A stretch of 64,000 bases of DNA. Source: Candidatus Geothermincolia bacterium (GTDB taxonomy: Bacteria; Actinomycetota; Geothermincolia; Fen-727; Anoxymicrobiaceae). This document shows positions 34,939 through 45,141 of this stretch, one piece after another (position 1 is the stretch's first letter; each line of letters starts with the position of its first letter). Position numbers and translations under genes: made by a program. The stretch is from positions 71,510 to 135,509 of the forward strand of contig JBBQKJ010000001.1 of assembly GCA_038326775.1 (NCBI GenBank). Reading direction: 5' to 3'. The notes under the pieces were generated by a model. The model ran no database searches, was not told the origin of the DNA, and was given only the letters and a program-made list of their open reading frames with translations.

Positions 34939-35674
34939 CATGAGTTCTGTCGAGAAGCGGGACCAGATTATCGCGGCCGGCGTCCGCGTATTCCCGAAGC
35001 TCGGCTATCACGGGACGACCGTCGAGGACGTCATTCGCGAAGCCGGGGTCGCGCGGGCGACTTTCTACGCTTACTTCGCGGACAAGCGCGGGCTTTTCAT
35101 CGAGATCGCCACGGGAAGAACCACACAGATCGTGCACATTCTCACTGTCGGTGTCGACTCGGTCATCGAACAATATGAAACCCTGGGGGCTGAAGCGCTC
35201 GACCAGGAAACGTTCCAGGCGCCTCTCTCCGACCTGGTGGAAGCCATATTCCGATTCGTGAGGAGTAACCGCGGGGTAACGAAGATCTTCTTCCACGACA
35301 TGGTCGGCGCGGACAAAGAGTTCACCCGCATCTTCAACGACTACCAGGAGGCGCTGATCAACCAGATGGAGCGCTTGATGGAATACGGAGTCGGCCATGG
35401 GGTGCTCAAGAAGACCGACTGCAGGAAGGCCGCGGAGTTCATAATAAGCGGGCACATGCACCTGGCCAGGAGCTTCAGCGCCGGCACCGGCAGGTACGAT
35501 GTCGAGGAGGTCGCGCGCCAGTTCATCGACTATCAGTTCAACGGTCTTATGGAGAGAAACGACCCCCCTTCAGCGGACGGCAAGAAGAAAAGCGCGGCGG
35601 CAGGGGCAGGAGCACGGGGCCAGGAGCGCCCAGGGGGCATCAACACCGGCGGAGCCCCGGAAACCCGCCGTTAG
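34939..35674 (+). CDS. TetR-family transcriptional regulator with a low-complexity basic/Ala-Gly C-terminal tail.
   Basis: N-terminal HTH: GYHGTTVEDVIREAGVARATFYAYFADKRGLF (canonical TetR_N). Start at MSSVEKRDQ; an ATG at 34921 is also possible. Confidence 0.8.
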
Positions 35675-35743
35675 AATAGAGAAGTAGAGAGTAGGCGTAC
35701 CGGTTGGTCGAAGCGTCGATAAGAGAAGCCTTGAGGTGGTGCT

Positions 35744-36976
35744 ATGAGATACCAGGAATTGTTCCCCGTTCCGATCGAGTGGCTTCAGGATTCTGACAGG
35801 TCGATGGTCGAGACGATCTCCTTATGGGCCGAGCAGGAGGTGAAGTCGAAGCGCCTCGAGCACAAGGAAGATTACGAAGGTCTCCTGCTGCCGGCGATGC
35901 GCAAGCTCTTTTTAGACATCGGCCTCCAGTCCATGATGCTCCCCGAGGAGCTGGGCGGCGGCGGGATAGACTCGCCGGATGCCGCTGTAACGACTACCGC
36001 GGTCCTTGAGCAGGTCGCCGCGGCGGATTCAGGCATCGGGTTCCTGTTCGCCAACGCGCTCGCCCTGCAGTACGCCCTCGCGATATCGCCCAACAAGAGC
36101 GCCGAGCCCCTCAAGGAGGCGGCCCCGGTGTTCACCGGTGGCGACATCGCGCTCTGCTCGCTTGTGCTCCCCGCCTACGGCTCCGACACGAAAGAGCGCC
36201 CGCGCTATTACGGCCTGGACTACCCCGCCACGGCCGTGAAGACCGGCGCCGGTTGGGTCGTGAGCGGCGGACCGGCGCGCCCACAGTGCTGCGGCGCGAC
36301 CGCGAGCATATTCGGGGTGGTCTGCGACCTGGGCGACGGTACTCCCGGGATGCTGATAGTCCCCGCCGGCGCGAAGGGCGTGAAGAAAGGCAAGCCGTTC
36401 AAGAAGACCGGCCTGGCCGCGAGCGTGAATGCCGACGTGACCTTCAAGGATGTCAAGGTGCCGGGAAGCGCCCTGGTGCTCGAGGGGATCGAAGCGCTGC
36501 GCGCTGTGCTCTCATGGTATTACATGGCCTGCGCCGCGGTGTGTGCGGGCTCGCTGCAGACGACTCACGAGATACTCCAGGAGTGGGGCGACACCCGGGT
36601 CATAAAGGGCAAGGGCCAGGTGTTCAAGGAGAACCCGCTGGTCGCCTCCCTGATGGGTGAGATCGGTGGCAAGATGGGCACGAGCCGCCTGCTTACCTAT
36701 AACCTGGCCAGGATGCTCTCGCGCCCCGATGTCTACGGGCCCGCCGGTGCGGGCAGCCTTCACGTGTCGGCTATCTCGGCTTTCAAGCAGGTGGGACGCA
36801 TGGCCATGGAGGCCATGGACAACACGATGGAGCTCATGGCCTCCGCCGGGTACGCCACCGAGTGGAACCTCGAGCGATACTGGCGTGACGTCAAGACAGT
36901 GGAGACTTACGTGGTCCCCGAGACTGTCGCCCAGACCTGCATGGCCAGGCAGTACTTCAACCTCAAACAACTCTAA
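35744..36976 (+). CDS. Acyl-CoA dehydrogenase-fold protein, degenerate 'alpha-type', 410 aa. Paralog of 21584..22816.
   Basis: Collinear with 21584..22816 (…KRLE.KEDYEGLL.PA...L..D.GLQ..., C-terminal ERYWRDVKTVE). GAGGTGG RBS. Confidence 0.6.
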   Translation: MRYQELFPVPIEWLQDSDRSMVETISLWAEQEVKSKRLEHKEDYEGLLLPAMRKLFLDIGLQSMMLPEELGGGGIDSPDAAVTTTAVLEQVAAADSGIGFLFANALALQYALAISPNKSAEPLKEAAPVFTGGDIALCSLVLPAYGSDTKERPRYYGLDYPATAVKTGAGWVVSGGPARPQCCGATASIFGVVCDLGDGTPGMLIVPAGAKGVKKGKPFKKTGLAASVNADVTFKDVKVPGSALVLEGIEALRAVLSWYYMACAAVCAGSLQTTHEILQEWGDTRVIKGKGQVFKENPLVASLMGEIGGKMGTSRLLTYNLARMLSRPDVYGPAGAGSLHVSAISAFKQVGRMAMEAMDNTMELMASAGYATEWNLERYWRDVKTVETYVVPETVAQTCMARQYFNLKQL

Positions 36977-37030
36977 AGCCGGGACCGACCGCCGGGCTTT
37001 GCTCGGACGGCTCTCTAGCAGGAGGAGCGA

Positions 37031-38296
37031 ATGCGGACAATAGATGACTTTACCAGGCCCCTCGAGTACCTGAGCCCGCTCGACCGTTACCTCGGAGAGA
37101 TAGGCCGCAAATGGGCGGACACCGAGGTGATACCCATCAGGCGCGATTTCGACGAGGACTGGGAGCACCACAAGTTGATCGAGCCGTGCTTCAGGTCTCT
37201 CCAGGCAGAGATCGGCTTCCAGCGAATGCTGTTCCCGGAGGACCTCGGGGGCTGGGGCCTCGGCCATTCCGGGTACATGGGCACGGGCGCGGCCCGTCTT
37301 TTCGAGGAAGTCGCGAGGGCCGACTCGGGCATGGCCGTCGCGTTCGGCGTCCTCTTCTGGCCGCTGGTGATGATATGCGTAGAGCCGCATGTCAACCGGC
37401 GCCTTTGCGAGGAGTTCGCGCCGATGTTCATGGAGTCCCGCCCGGTGTTCGCCGCAAACGCGATGACCGAACCCCAGGGTGGAGCGGATATCGAGAACAT
37501 GGAGATCGTCGGTGGCAGCACCATTCAGACGACCGCGGTCCTCGAAGGCGACGAGTGGGTGATAAACGGGCATAAGCTCTGGCCCACTAACTCCGGCGGG
37601 GTGGCCGACCTTTTCGGGGTCGTATGCACCACCAACCCGGGCTCGAAAGACCCTGACGACTTAGCCTTCATATTCGTCCCCGCCAAGACCCCTGGCTGCA
37701 CCCAGGGCGGGCCTTACGAGAAGGCGGGTATGGCCGCGGACAAGAACAGCGACATCTGGTTCGACAACGTGCGGGTGCCTTCCTGGTTCCGGGCCTGTGG
37801 CCCGGGCCTCGACGCATTGTACTTCAAGGAGGTCGTCTCGCTCGGCAACCTTGGCAGTCTGGCGTTCGTCAGCGGCGCCATGATGAACGTCTGGGAGATC
37901 TTAAGGGATTTCACAAGCGAGACTACGTTCCGGGGTAAGCCGCTGAAGGAGAACGACGACGTGGCGGGGGTGCTCGCCAACTTCGCGGGTGGCGTTGACA
38001 TCATCAGGGTCCTCACTTATCAGTACGCGAGGATGCTCGACAGGCCGGACCTCTACGGGGACCGGTGGTCCGAAGAGATAGTCGCCAAGGGCAGGGCTTA
38101 TAAGTATTTCGCCTGCGACAAGGCCGTCGAGGACCTCAAGAAGGTCATGAACCTGATGGGGGCGCACGGAAGCGACCGCGCGCACGACGTGGAGAAGCAC
38201 TGGCGAGACATCAAGATAGTCCAGCTCTGGATGGGCGGCAAGCAGCTTTGCCAGATGGAGGTCGCCCGCTGGTTCTATGAATGCGAGACCCTGTGA
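37031..38296 (+). CDS. Acyl-CoA dehydrogenase family protein ('beta-type'), 421 aa. Paralog of 22833..24098.
   Basis: MRTIDDFTRPLEY... N-terminus shared with 22833. Motifs NAMTEPQGGADIEN, EWVINGHKLWPTN, GMAADKN. AGGAGGAG RBS. Confidence 0.7.
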   Translation: MRTIDDFTRPLEYLSPLDRYLGEIGRKWADTEVIPIRRDFDEDWEHHKLIEPCFRSLQAEIGFQRMLFPEDLGGWGLGHSGYMGTGAARLFEEVARADSGMAVAFGVLFWPLVMICVEPHVNRRLCEEFAPMFMESRPVFAANAMTEPQGGADIENMEIVGGSTIQTTAVLEGDEWVINGHKLWPTNSGGVADLFGVVCTTNPGSKDPDDLAFIFVPAKTPGCTQGGPYEKAGMAADKNSDIWFDNVRVPSWFRACGPGLDALYFKEVVSLGNLGSLAFVSGAMMNVWEILRDFTSETTFRGKPLKENDDVAGVLANFAGGVDIIRVLTYQYARMLDRPDLYGDRWSEEIVAKGRAYKYFACDKAVEDLKKVMNLMGAHGSDRAHDVEKHWRDIKIVQLWMGGKQLCQMEVARWFYECETL

Positions 38297-38339
38297 GTTC
38301 GCGAATGCCGGGTTGGAGACGATTCAAGGCGGTGAGGTG

Positions 38340-39044
38340 ATGGAAGAGACGTCGTTGCCGCGCAGAGGGCCGATCGAGGGCACCAGCAGGGTGGTCCGCG
38401 AGCTCCTGCGAACCCCGAGGTTCAAGAAAACGGTGAACATCCTCCTGAGCGAGCTGGACCCTGAGAACACCGGCTTGCTCGTGAAGACGCTGATGTGGGA
38501 AGACCCGGAGTTATTCCTGAGCCTGTTCGGTGCCACGCCCGATATCGCGAATGTCGCCATCAACGGGTTGCTCGAGCTGTCCCGCCAGCTGTCCAACTTC
38601 CCCCCCGGGCTTCTCGCGAGCTTCCTGTCCGTCCTGATGGAGGGGCTCGAGATGGAGAGCCTCGGCACGGCTGTCGGGAAGGTGCGGGATCTTCTGGTGG
38701 AAGTCCGCGACAGCGGAGGACAGCCGCTCGTAGATTCTCTTACAGACCTCCTCAGAAGGTTCGCCAGGGGGGCAACGGGCTTCACACCGGTTTCCGGCGC
38801 TCCCTCGGTATCGGCGGACAAGGTCGTGGACAGCGTCTTGCCAGTGCTCGCTTCGGCCGCCGCGAGATTCGGCGGGGAGGCCGCGCGCGAGGGTTCGGAG
38901 ACGAGCGCCGCGGTCAAGAAGCTGGCGGACGGCGTGAGGGATATCGCCTCCAGGAACCCCGAGTTCATGAAATCGGTCGTAGCCCCGCTGGTGGAGGCAG
39001 GCAAAGCCGCGCTGGCCGGAACGGACGCAGGGGAGGGCTCCTGA
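38340..39044 (+). CDS. Hypothetical alpha-helical protein, 234 aa, paralog of the next gene. No Cys, Ala/Leu-rich.
   Basis: GGTGAGGTG RBS then ATG. Shared block ...R.PAF.......L.....DPE....L....LWED.EL.LS..G..P.I.N.....LEL.RQ..NFP.GLL... with 39044..39643. Confidence 0.5.
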   Translation: MEETSLPRRGPIEGTSRVVRELLRTPRFKKTVNILLSELDPENTGLLVKTLMWEDPELFLSLFGATPDIANVAINGLLELSRQLSNFPPGLLASFLSVLMEGLEMESLGTAVGKVRDLLVEVRDSGGQPLVDSLTDLLRRFARGATGFTPVSGAPSVSADKVVDSVLPVLASAAARFGGEAAREGSETSAAVKKLADGVRDIASRNPEFMKSVVAPLVEAGKAALAGTDAGEGS

Positions 39045-39643
39045 TGGAAAACGCAATATTGGGGTCAGGTCAGATTTCTGCAATTGGAAAGCCGTCCCAG
39101 GCGGGGGCGGGCTCTCGAGTCCTTAGGGAGATAATAAAAACCCCCGCATTCCTGGAAATAATCAAGCTCCACGCCAAGGGCTTCGACCCCGAGTCCGCCC
39201 GCGAGTTGGTGCGCGCGTTCCTGTGGGAGGACGTGGAACTCTCGCTCAGCTTTGTGGGCACGGTCCCCGAGATAGTCAACTACCTGGCCGCCGCGGTGCT
39301 GGAACTGGGCAGGCAGATGAACAACTTCCCCGGCGGGCTCCTCGACCAGTACGTGATGCAGAGTGGCTCGGAGATCGACGTGGAGGTGCTCAAGGAGCTT
39401 CCCGGCGTCTTCGGCCCGTTGCTTGACAACATCAGGTTCAAGAAGACCGCGGCGATGGGGCTCGGCAAGGCGGTGAACGCGGGTGCCGGGTTTGTGAACC
39501 GCGCGGCCGCGAGTAACCCGCACTTCGTACGGGACGTCCTCTCGGAGGTCGACGGGCTGGAGGTTTTACGCGCGTCGTTCGCGGTGGCGCGTTCGGTAAT
39601 GAAGTGGTTCGTATCAGGTGTTTCACGTCTATTCGGCAGGTAG
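39044..39643 (+). CDS. Hypothetical alpha-helical protein, 199 aa, paralog of 38340..39044. Start overlaps the previous stop (TGATG). The first ~17 codons coincide with a partial copy of the palindromic repeat.
   Basis: Manual frame analysis. Similarity to the upstream paralog begins at ...GSRVLREIIKTP. Confidence 0.5.
   Translation: MENAILGSGQISAIGKPSQAGAGSRVLREIIKTPAFLEIIKLHAKGFDPESARELVRAFLWEDVELSLSFVGTVPEIVNYLAAAVLELGRQMNNFPGGLLDQYVMQSGSEIDVEVLKELPGVFGPLLDNIRFKKTAAMGLGKAVNAGAGFVNRAAASNPHFVRDVLSEVDGLEVLRASFAVARSVMKWFVSGVSRLFGR
39046..39095. repeat. Partial inverted copy of the palindromic repeat tail (CAATATTGGGGTCAGGTCAGATTTCTGC is the reverse complement of the GCAAGAAAGTGACCTGACCCCAATGTTACAT-type tail).
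   Basis: About 24/30 matches to the reverse complement of the tail of copy A, by eye. Confidence 0.4.
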
Positions 39644-39680
39644 TAGGCAATAGTGCCTTATCCATGTGAGGTGATGCGAG

Positions 39681-40967
39681 TTGAGCGCTAAAGAGACGGG
39701 AAAGGAAGTTATGGAGCTCTCCGGCGAGGAGAGGGCGGCGCGTTTCAAGGAAGCGTTCGCAAGCTACGATGGGAAGGCCCTGGCACAGAGCGCCAACCAG
39801 TTCTCCCTGATGATGATGGCGGCGCACGGCGAGAACCCCGACCTGGCGAGCGAGGCTTTTCCGGCCATCGAGACGGCGCTCGCCGACATAGACTTCGGCA
39901 AGATGCGTGAGGCTATCATGGCGTTGCTCGACTACGGCGGCGCGGTGGTGTCCAAAGCGCTCGAGGAGGGGCTCGCGAACCCGGTCGTGATAGCCAACCT
40001 GGTGGGAGTCCTGCCACCGCTGGCGAACAGTCTCATCGACGCGCTCGCGGTCCTGCTGGACAACCTGGACCTCCCGGCCGAGATACTGGCAAGCGCGCTG
40101 TTCAACGTCCTGAGCGCGCTCGACGCGGAGAAGCTCGGGCACGTGCTCTCGGAGATATCAAAACAACTGAACCTACTGCACGCAGGCAACTACATCTTGG
40201 GGGGCGACGAGCCGCGCCTCCGGGCGGTGTTCACCGAGTTCACAAAGAAGGTCCTTGACAACATGGACGCCGACGTAGTGGCGAAGGCCCTGGTGGCCCT
40301 TGGCGAGGACGGCGAGATAATCGCCGGAGTCCTCGTGGACCTCCTCGCGCGGGACCCGGAGCTCATCGATACCATGGCATGGGCGTCCGTGGAACTCACC
40401 AACACCGTGGCACGGGTGCTGGCGAACGCGCTGAGCCGGGTCGCGGAGTGGCCGGACGAGGTGCTCGCCGTTCTGGGCAAGGAGGGGCGCATACTCGATA
40501 CCGTGGAGATGGGTCGCGCCGCCGACTCTTTCGTGACGTATGCCTTGCGCCTCAGAGAGGCGAATCCCGGCCTGCATAGAGAGCTCTACACCCGGGCGCT
40601 CCAGCCGGTGAACACCGAGAGCGTGGAGGTTCACCTGCGGGCCGTCGCGGGCGACCTCAAGGCCGCCGCGGTCGCACACCCTGGAATCAGCAAAGCCCTG
40701 GAGCCGGAGGAGATGGGCCGGCGCGTGAACGAGATGCTGGCGGGTTTCAACAAGGCGGCGAGCCCCGCCGGGGTCAAGGAATATCTCTCGAGGGTGTTCT
40801 CGGAAATCGACTCGCGCGAGCTCGAGGTGGCCGTTCGAAACATCGCCGGCGGAGTTGTGGACGGCCTCTTCGCGAACGCACAGGCGGCAAAGTCGATATT
40901 GAAGGCTGTCGCCTCGAGCGCATGGAAGTTGACGAAAAACATGGTCGGCCTTCTCGTCAAGCGGTAA
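39681..40967 (+). CDS. Hypothetical alpha-helical protein, 428 aa, Ala/Leu-rich, no Cys, TTG start.
   Basis: ORF in co-oriented gene string between the ACAD-like and HAD/BCR genes. No recognisable motif. Confidence 0.45.
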   Translation: MSAKETGKEVMELSGEERAARFKEAFASYDGKALAQSANQFSLMMMAAHGENPDLASEAFPAIETALADIDFGKMREAIMALLDYGGAVVSKALEEGLANPVVIANLVGVLPPLANSLIDALAVLLDNLDLPAEILASALFNVLSALDAEKLGHVLSEISKQLNLLHAGNYILGGDEPRLRAVFTEFTKKVLDNMDADVVAKALVALGEDGEIIAGVLVDLLARDPELIDTMAWASVELTNTVARVLANALSRVAEWPDEVLAVLGKEGRILDTVEMGRAADSFVTYALRLREANPGLHRELYTRALQPVNTESVEVHLRAVAGDLKAAAVAHPGISKALEPEEMGRRVNEMLAGFNKAASPAGVKEYLSRVFSEIDSRELEVAVRNIAGGVVDGLFANAQAAKSILKAVASSAWKLTKNMVGLLVKR

Positions 40968-41002
40968 CGGTAGAGTCTAACCTGAGTTTTGAGGTGATTT
41001 AA

Positions 41003-42148
41003 GTGGCAAGCGTAAAAGTAGGAAGCGCCATGGAGCAGGTCATCAAGCAGTCGGAGGTCGTGGAGAACGACTTTGTCAAGAAGTGGAAAGAGGGCGGCGG
41101 CAAGGTGCTGGGGTACGCCTGCGTCACCACTCCGCCCGAGATAATCGACGCGGCGGGCATCCTGCCCTACCGCCTCAGGGCGCTCGGCAACCCCAACACG
41201 GAGATAGCCGACGCGCACCTTGCGCGATTCAACTGCAGCTTCTGCCGCTCCTGCCTGCAGCTCGGCCTGGACGGTACCTACGCGTTCCTGGACGGGTCTA
41301 TCGAGACCAACGGGTGCGACCACCTGCGGGGGATGTTCGAGAACTGGGAGTATGTCCAGCCGTCGGAGTTCTTTCACTACGTCAAGGTGCCGCACCAGGT
41401 CAATGAGGACGCGATGGTGTACTACATCGAGGAGCTCAGGCTCTTCAAGTCCGCCATCGAAGAGCACTTCGGGGTCAAGATAACCGACGAGGCGATGAAG
41501 GGCGCGATAGAGCGCCAGGAGACGATAAGGGACAAGCTGCGCGAGGTGTACGAGATGCGGATGGGCCGGAAGCCGGCGTTCACCGGCACGGAGGCACTCT
41601 CCATATTCCTGCTCGCCTCCGCGGTGCCTTACGACGACTTTATCAGGCTGGCCGAAAGCGCCATCGAGGAGCGCAGGGGAACGGGCGTGTCCGGCTACCG
41701 CGCGCGCCTGATGCTCTGCGGCGCCGCAACCGACGAGCTCGAACTCATCAACGCCATCGAGGACGTTGGCGGACTGGTCGTCACCGACGGGCTGTGCTAC
41801 GGGGCCAGGGCGTTCTGGAGCCCGGTCGACACGACCAGGGACCCGATAGAGGCGCTCGCCGACGTTTACCTCAAGGACCTGCTATGCCCCAGGATGTACG
41901 AGGACTATCCGCGGCGGCGGGATTTTGTCCTGGACGCCGTGAAGAAGTACGACGTGGACGGCGTGATGGTCATGCATAACAAGTTCTGCGACGTGCACGG
42001 CGTCGATAACGTGCAGCTCAGGCTAGATCTGGAGAAGCGCAGCATCCCCGTGCTGCAGCTCGAGAAGGAGTACGGCTCGACAGCCGACATAGGCCGCATC
42101 AGGACCAGGGTTCAGGCTTTCCTGGAGAGGATTGGTGATCAGTCATGA
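41003..42148 (+). CDS. HAD/BCR family subunit, BcrC/HgdB-like, 381 aa. An ATG at 41030 with an AGGAAG RBS is an alternative start.
   Basis: K.LGYACVTTPPEIIDAAGILPYRL and conserved Cys (CSFCRSC, NGCDHL, ...FCDVHG) typical of the beta-type dehydratase/reductase subunits. Confidence 0.7.
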   Translation: MASVKVGSAMEQVIKQSEVVENDFVKKWKEGGGKVLGYACVTTPPEIIDAAGILPYRLRALGNPNTEIADAHLARFNCSFCRSCLQLGLDGTYAFLDGSIETNGCDHLRGMFENWEYVQPSEFFHYVKVPHQVNEDAMVYYIEELRLFKSAIEEHFGVKITDEAMKGAIERQETIRDKLREVYEMRMGRKPAFTGTEALSIFLLASAVPYDDFIRLAESAIEERRGTGVSGYRARLMLCGAATDELELINAIEDVGGLVVTDGLCYGARAFWSPVDTTRDPIEALADVYLKDLLCPRMYEDYPRRRDFVLDAVKKYDVDGVMVMHNKFCDVHGVDNVQLRLDLEKRSIPVLQLEKEYGSTADIGRIRTRVQAFLERIGDQS

Positions 42149-43641
42149 ACGCTGTCACCGCTACCGCAACCCAATCGTACACCTCGGGGGGTAAGGGGCC
42201 CCAGGATTTGAAGCTCGGCCTGTTCGATCGCGTGTCCGGCCTTTTCGAGATTATCGGAAAGCTTCCAGACGTGATGAGCGACGAGGAGGTCGACGGCCTT
42301 ATGGCCGTGCTGGCTGAGGACACGCGCAAGTCGTTGAGCGCAATGCTGATACCACGCGCCCGGGAGGGCAGCATGGCGTTCATGAAGATGCTTGCCAGGT
42401 GGCTCGAGGACGCCAGGAACGCCCCGCTGGAGGGAAAGAAATCCATCCTGATTCCCTTCTGCTTTCCCCCGGAGATCATTCACTGTTTCGAAAACTCCTT
42501 TCCATTAACAAGTGAGGTGCTCTCCTCGCTGGGGGTGATAGCGCTCGAGGGACAGGGCGAGCGGTACTACGACATGGCTCTCGGCCTCGGACTGCCCGAC
42601 CACATCTGCTCGGCCAACGCCGTGGAGGTGGGGTCCATGCTGGGCAGCGACGACTTTCAGCCGCAGGCGATAGTCAGCGCCGCGGTCGGCTCCTGCGATA
42701 TCAACTCCAAGACCCACGAGCTGGTATCCAACTACTTCGGCATCCCCCTGTTCATACTGGAGAAGCCTGTGGATGGCTCCGAGCGTGGCCGCGCGCAGTA
42801 TCAGAAGAACTTCGACAGGCTGGTCCGCGAGCTCGAGGAGTACCTCGGGGAGGAGCTTACGGATGACATGCTGCGGCGGACCTGCGAGAAGGTCAACAAG
42901 GCAAACAGGCTGATGGCAGAGCTGTGGGACCTGCACAAGGCGGTTCCAGACCCGGTGCCCAACCTGTTCTCTCTCTACTCATACGCGGCCAGGTTTGCCA
43001 TGTGGGGCACGGACCTGGCCATCGAGAGTATGAGGACCCTTGTCGACGTTTCCAAAAGGCGCTTGAAGGAGGGGGCTTACCCTGCCGACAGCGAGGTCGC
43101 CCGCTGCTTCCTGACCTATACCAGCTACTACTTCGACCTGGCGGGGCTTTTCAACTGGATGGAGGAACGGGGTTACACTTACCTCGGTGACGGGCTCGGC
43201 CTGCTATTCCCAGGTGTCATAGACACCTCTTCGCGCGAAAGCATGCTCTGGGGGATGGCCGAGGAGGCATGGAACATGCCGATGACCAGGCAGGTGGGCG
43301 GAGAATCGATGTCAATGTGCTGGCTGGAGGACGCGCTCTACGCGGCAAAGGATCTCGGCGCCGACTGCGCGATCTACTCAGGCCACCACTCCTGCAAGCA
43401 GACCTGGAGTGTGGCCTCGATCCTGCGCACGGAGTTGATGAAGCGGGCGGGCGTGCCCATGCTCGCCCTGCAGGGCGACTCCTGGCTCAAGCGGACCACT
43501 CCCATAACAGTCATACAGCAGGAGATAGACGAGTTCATCAAGAACGTGGTATTGCCGAAGAGCGGGGCCAAGAGGAAGTTGCGCAGGCGGGGGGTCGGGG
43601 CCGCGGGCACCGCGAGCACAGCGGAAACCACGAGCGCTTGA
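42145..43641 (+). CDS. HAD/BCR family subunit, HgdA/BcrB-like, 498 aa. Start overlaps the previous stop (ATGA).
   Basis: Paralogous to 20090..21538 and 43655..45058 (SILIPFCFPPEIIHCFEN, GLPDHICSANAVE, SGHHSCKQTWSV). Confidence 0.75.
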   Translation: MNAVTATATQSYTSGGKGPQDLKLGLFDRVSGLFEIIGKLPDVMSDEEVDGLMAVLAEDTRKSLSAMLIPRAREGSMAFMKMLARWLEDARNAPLEGKKSILIPFCFPPEIIHCFENSFPLTSEVLSSLGVIALEGQGERYYDMALGLGLPDHICSANAVEVGSMLGSDDFQPQAIVSAAVGSCDINSKTHELVSNYFGIPLFILEKPVDGSERGRAQYQKNFDRLVRELEEYLGEELTDDMLRRTCEKVNKANRLMAELWDLHKAVPDPVPNLFSLYSYAARFAMWGTDLAIESMRTLVDVSKRRLKEGAYPADSEVARCFLTYTSYYFDLAGLFNWMEERGYTYLGDGLGLLFPGVIDTSSRESMLWGMAEEAWNMPMTRQVGGESMSMCWLEDALYAAKDLGADCAIYSGHHSCKQTWSVASILRTELMKRAGVPMLALQGDSWLKRTTPITVIQQEIDEFIKNVVLPKSGAKRKLRRRGVGAAGTASTAETTSA

Positions 43642-43654
43642 GAGAGGAGAAGCA

Positions 43655-45058
43655 ATGCCTGTGATAGCCAGCACCATCCCCGGCTCGGGACTCTTCGACA
43701 GGGTCCAGCAGCTCTTCGAGGTTGTTCTCAAGGTACCCGACGAGATGAGCCACGAGGAGGCCCGGGGTATCATCGACGTGATGCCCCCGGACGTTGCCGC
43801 CACGCTCGAGGCTGTCCTTGAAGACCGGATCCGGCGCGCCGGGATCATCTTCCTGAAGATGGTCGGGCAGTGGCTGAAGAACGCCAGGGAGGCTAAGGCC
43901 GCGGGAAAGAAGGTCATCCTCGTGCCGTTCAACTTCGTTCCCGAGCTCGTACACGCGTTCGAGAACGCGGTGCCGCTGACCAGCGAGATACTCTCCACGC
44001 TGGCGGGCAGCGCCACCGAGGGCAAGGGGCACCGCTACTGGGATTACGCGATGGGCCTCGGCATCCCCGACCACCTGTGCTCCGCGAGCGCCATCGAGCT
44101 GGGCTCGATGCTGACCGGCGTGGACTTCGAGGCGGATGCCATCATCTCCTGCACCGCCGGCGCATGCGACGCCAACTCGAAGATCCACGAGTTCGTCGCC
44201 AACTACATGGGCATCCCGCAGTTCGTGGTGGAGAAGCCGGTGGACGACACAGAGCGCGGCATAGAGCAGTACAAGAAGAACTTCTTCAGAATGGTCGAGC
44301 AGCTCGAGGAGTTCGTGGGGGAGACCATCAAGGAAGAGCGCCTGCGCGAGGTCGTCGATTACTGCAACCGCTCCGCGGAGCTACACTACCAGCTCTGGGA
44401 GCTCAAGAAGAACGCCCCCTGCCCGGTGCCGAACATATACAACATGTTCATCTACGCCGCCCGCTTCACGCAGTGGGGCAGGCCCGAGTCGCTGAGGACG
44501 ATGGAAGTCATGGTGGAGGAGGCTAAAAAGCGGCTGGAGGCGGGCGATTACCCGGCGGAAAAGGAGCTCGCGCGCGTCGGATGGCTGTACACGAGCTACT
44601 ACATAGACTTCGCCGGGCTCTTCAACTGGATGGAGGAGCAGGGATACACGCACCTCTTCGACGTGCTCGACCTCTTCTTCCCGGAACCGATCTCGACGGA
44701 GAGCAGGCAGACGATGCTCGAGGGCATCTGCGAGGCGGCCAGGACGTTTCCCATGACCCGCCAGATGGGTGCCGAGTCGATGTCGGTGGCGTGGATAGAT
44801 GACGCCATCAGCATGGCGAAGATGCTGGACGCGAACTGCGCCATCTACTGCGGTCACCACGCCTGCAAGCAGACCTGGAGCGTCATCTCCATAGTCCAGA
44901 AGGAGCTGATGGACCGCATAGGGGCGCCGGTGCTGTCCCTTCAGGGCGACGCCTGGCTGAGCGGAATGACCCCGGTGTCGACCCTGCAGGAAAACATCGA
45001 CGAGTTCATGCGTAACGTTGTGGTCAAGAAGCGAAAGGTCAAAACACGAAAAAGGTAA
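43655..45058 (+). CDS. HAD/BCR family subunit, HgdA/BcrB-like, 467 aa.
   Basis: Paralogous blocks (VILVPFNFVPELVHAFEN, GIPDHLCSASAIE, CGHHACKQTWSV). Confidence 0.75.
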   Translation: MPVIASTIPGSGLFDRVQQLFEVVLKVPDEMSHEEARGIIDVMPPDVAATLEAVLEDRIRRAGIIFLKMVGQWLKNAREAKAAGKKVILVPFNFVPELVHAFENAVPLTSEILSTLAGSATEGKGHRYWDYAMGLGIPDHLCSASAIELGSMLTGVDFEADAIISCTAGACDANSKIHEFVANYMGIPQFVVEKPVDDTERGIEQYKKNFFRMVEQLEEFVGETIKEERLREVVDYCNRSAELHYQLWELKKNAPCPVPNIYNMFIYAARFTQWGRPESLRTMEVMVEEAKKRLEAGDYPAEKELARVGWLYTSYYIDFAGLFNWMEEQGYTHLFDVLDLFFPEPISTESRQTMLEGICEAARTFPMTRQMGAESMSVAWIDDAISMAKMLDANCAIYCGHHACKQTWSVISIVQKELMDRIGAPVLSLQGDAWLSGMTPVSTLQENIDEFMRNVVVKKRKVKTRKR

Positions 45059-45059
45059 A

Positions 45060-45090
45060 GTGGGGTCAAGCCACTTTCTTGTTCTCAGCA
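45060..45090. repeat. Short partial copy of the palindromic repeat tail (GTGGGGTCAAGCCACTTTCTTG, similar to GGGGTCAGGTCACTTTCTTGC).
   Basis: About 19/21 identity by eye. Intergenic between the HAD/BCR subunit and the activator genes. Confidence 0.35.
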
Positions 45091-45141
45091 CTACCGCGAC
45101 AGCGACCGAAGCGCTATGACCAAAAAAGAAAGGGAGATTGA

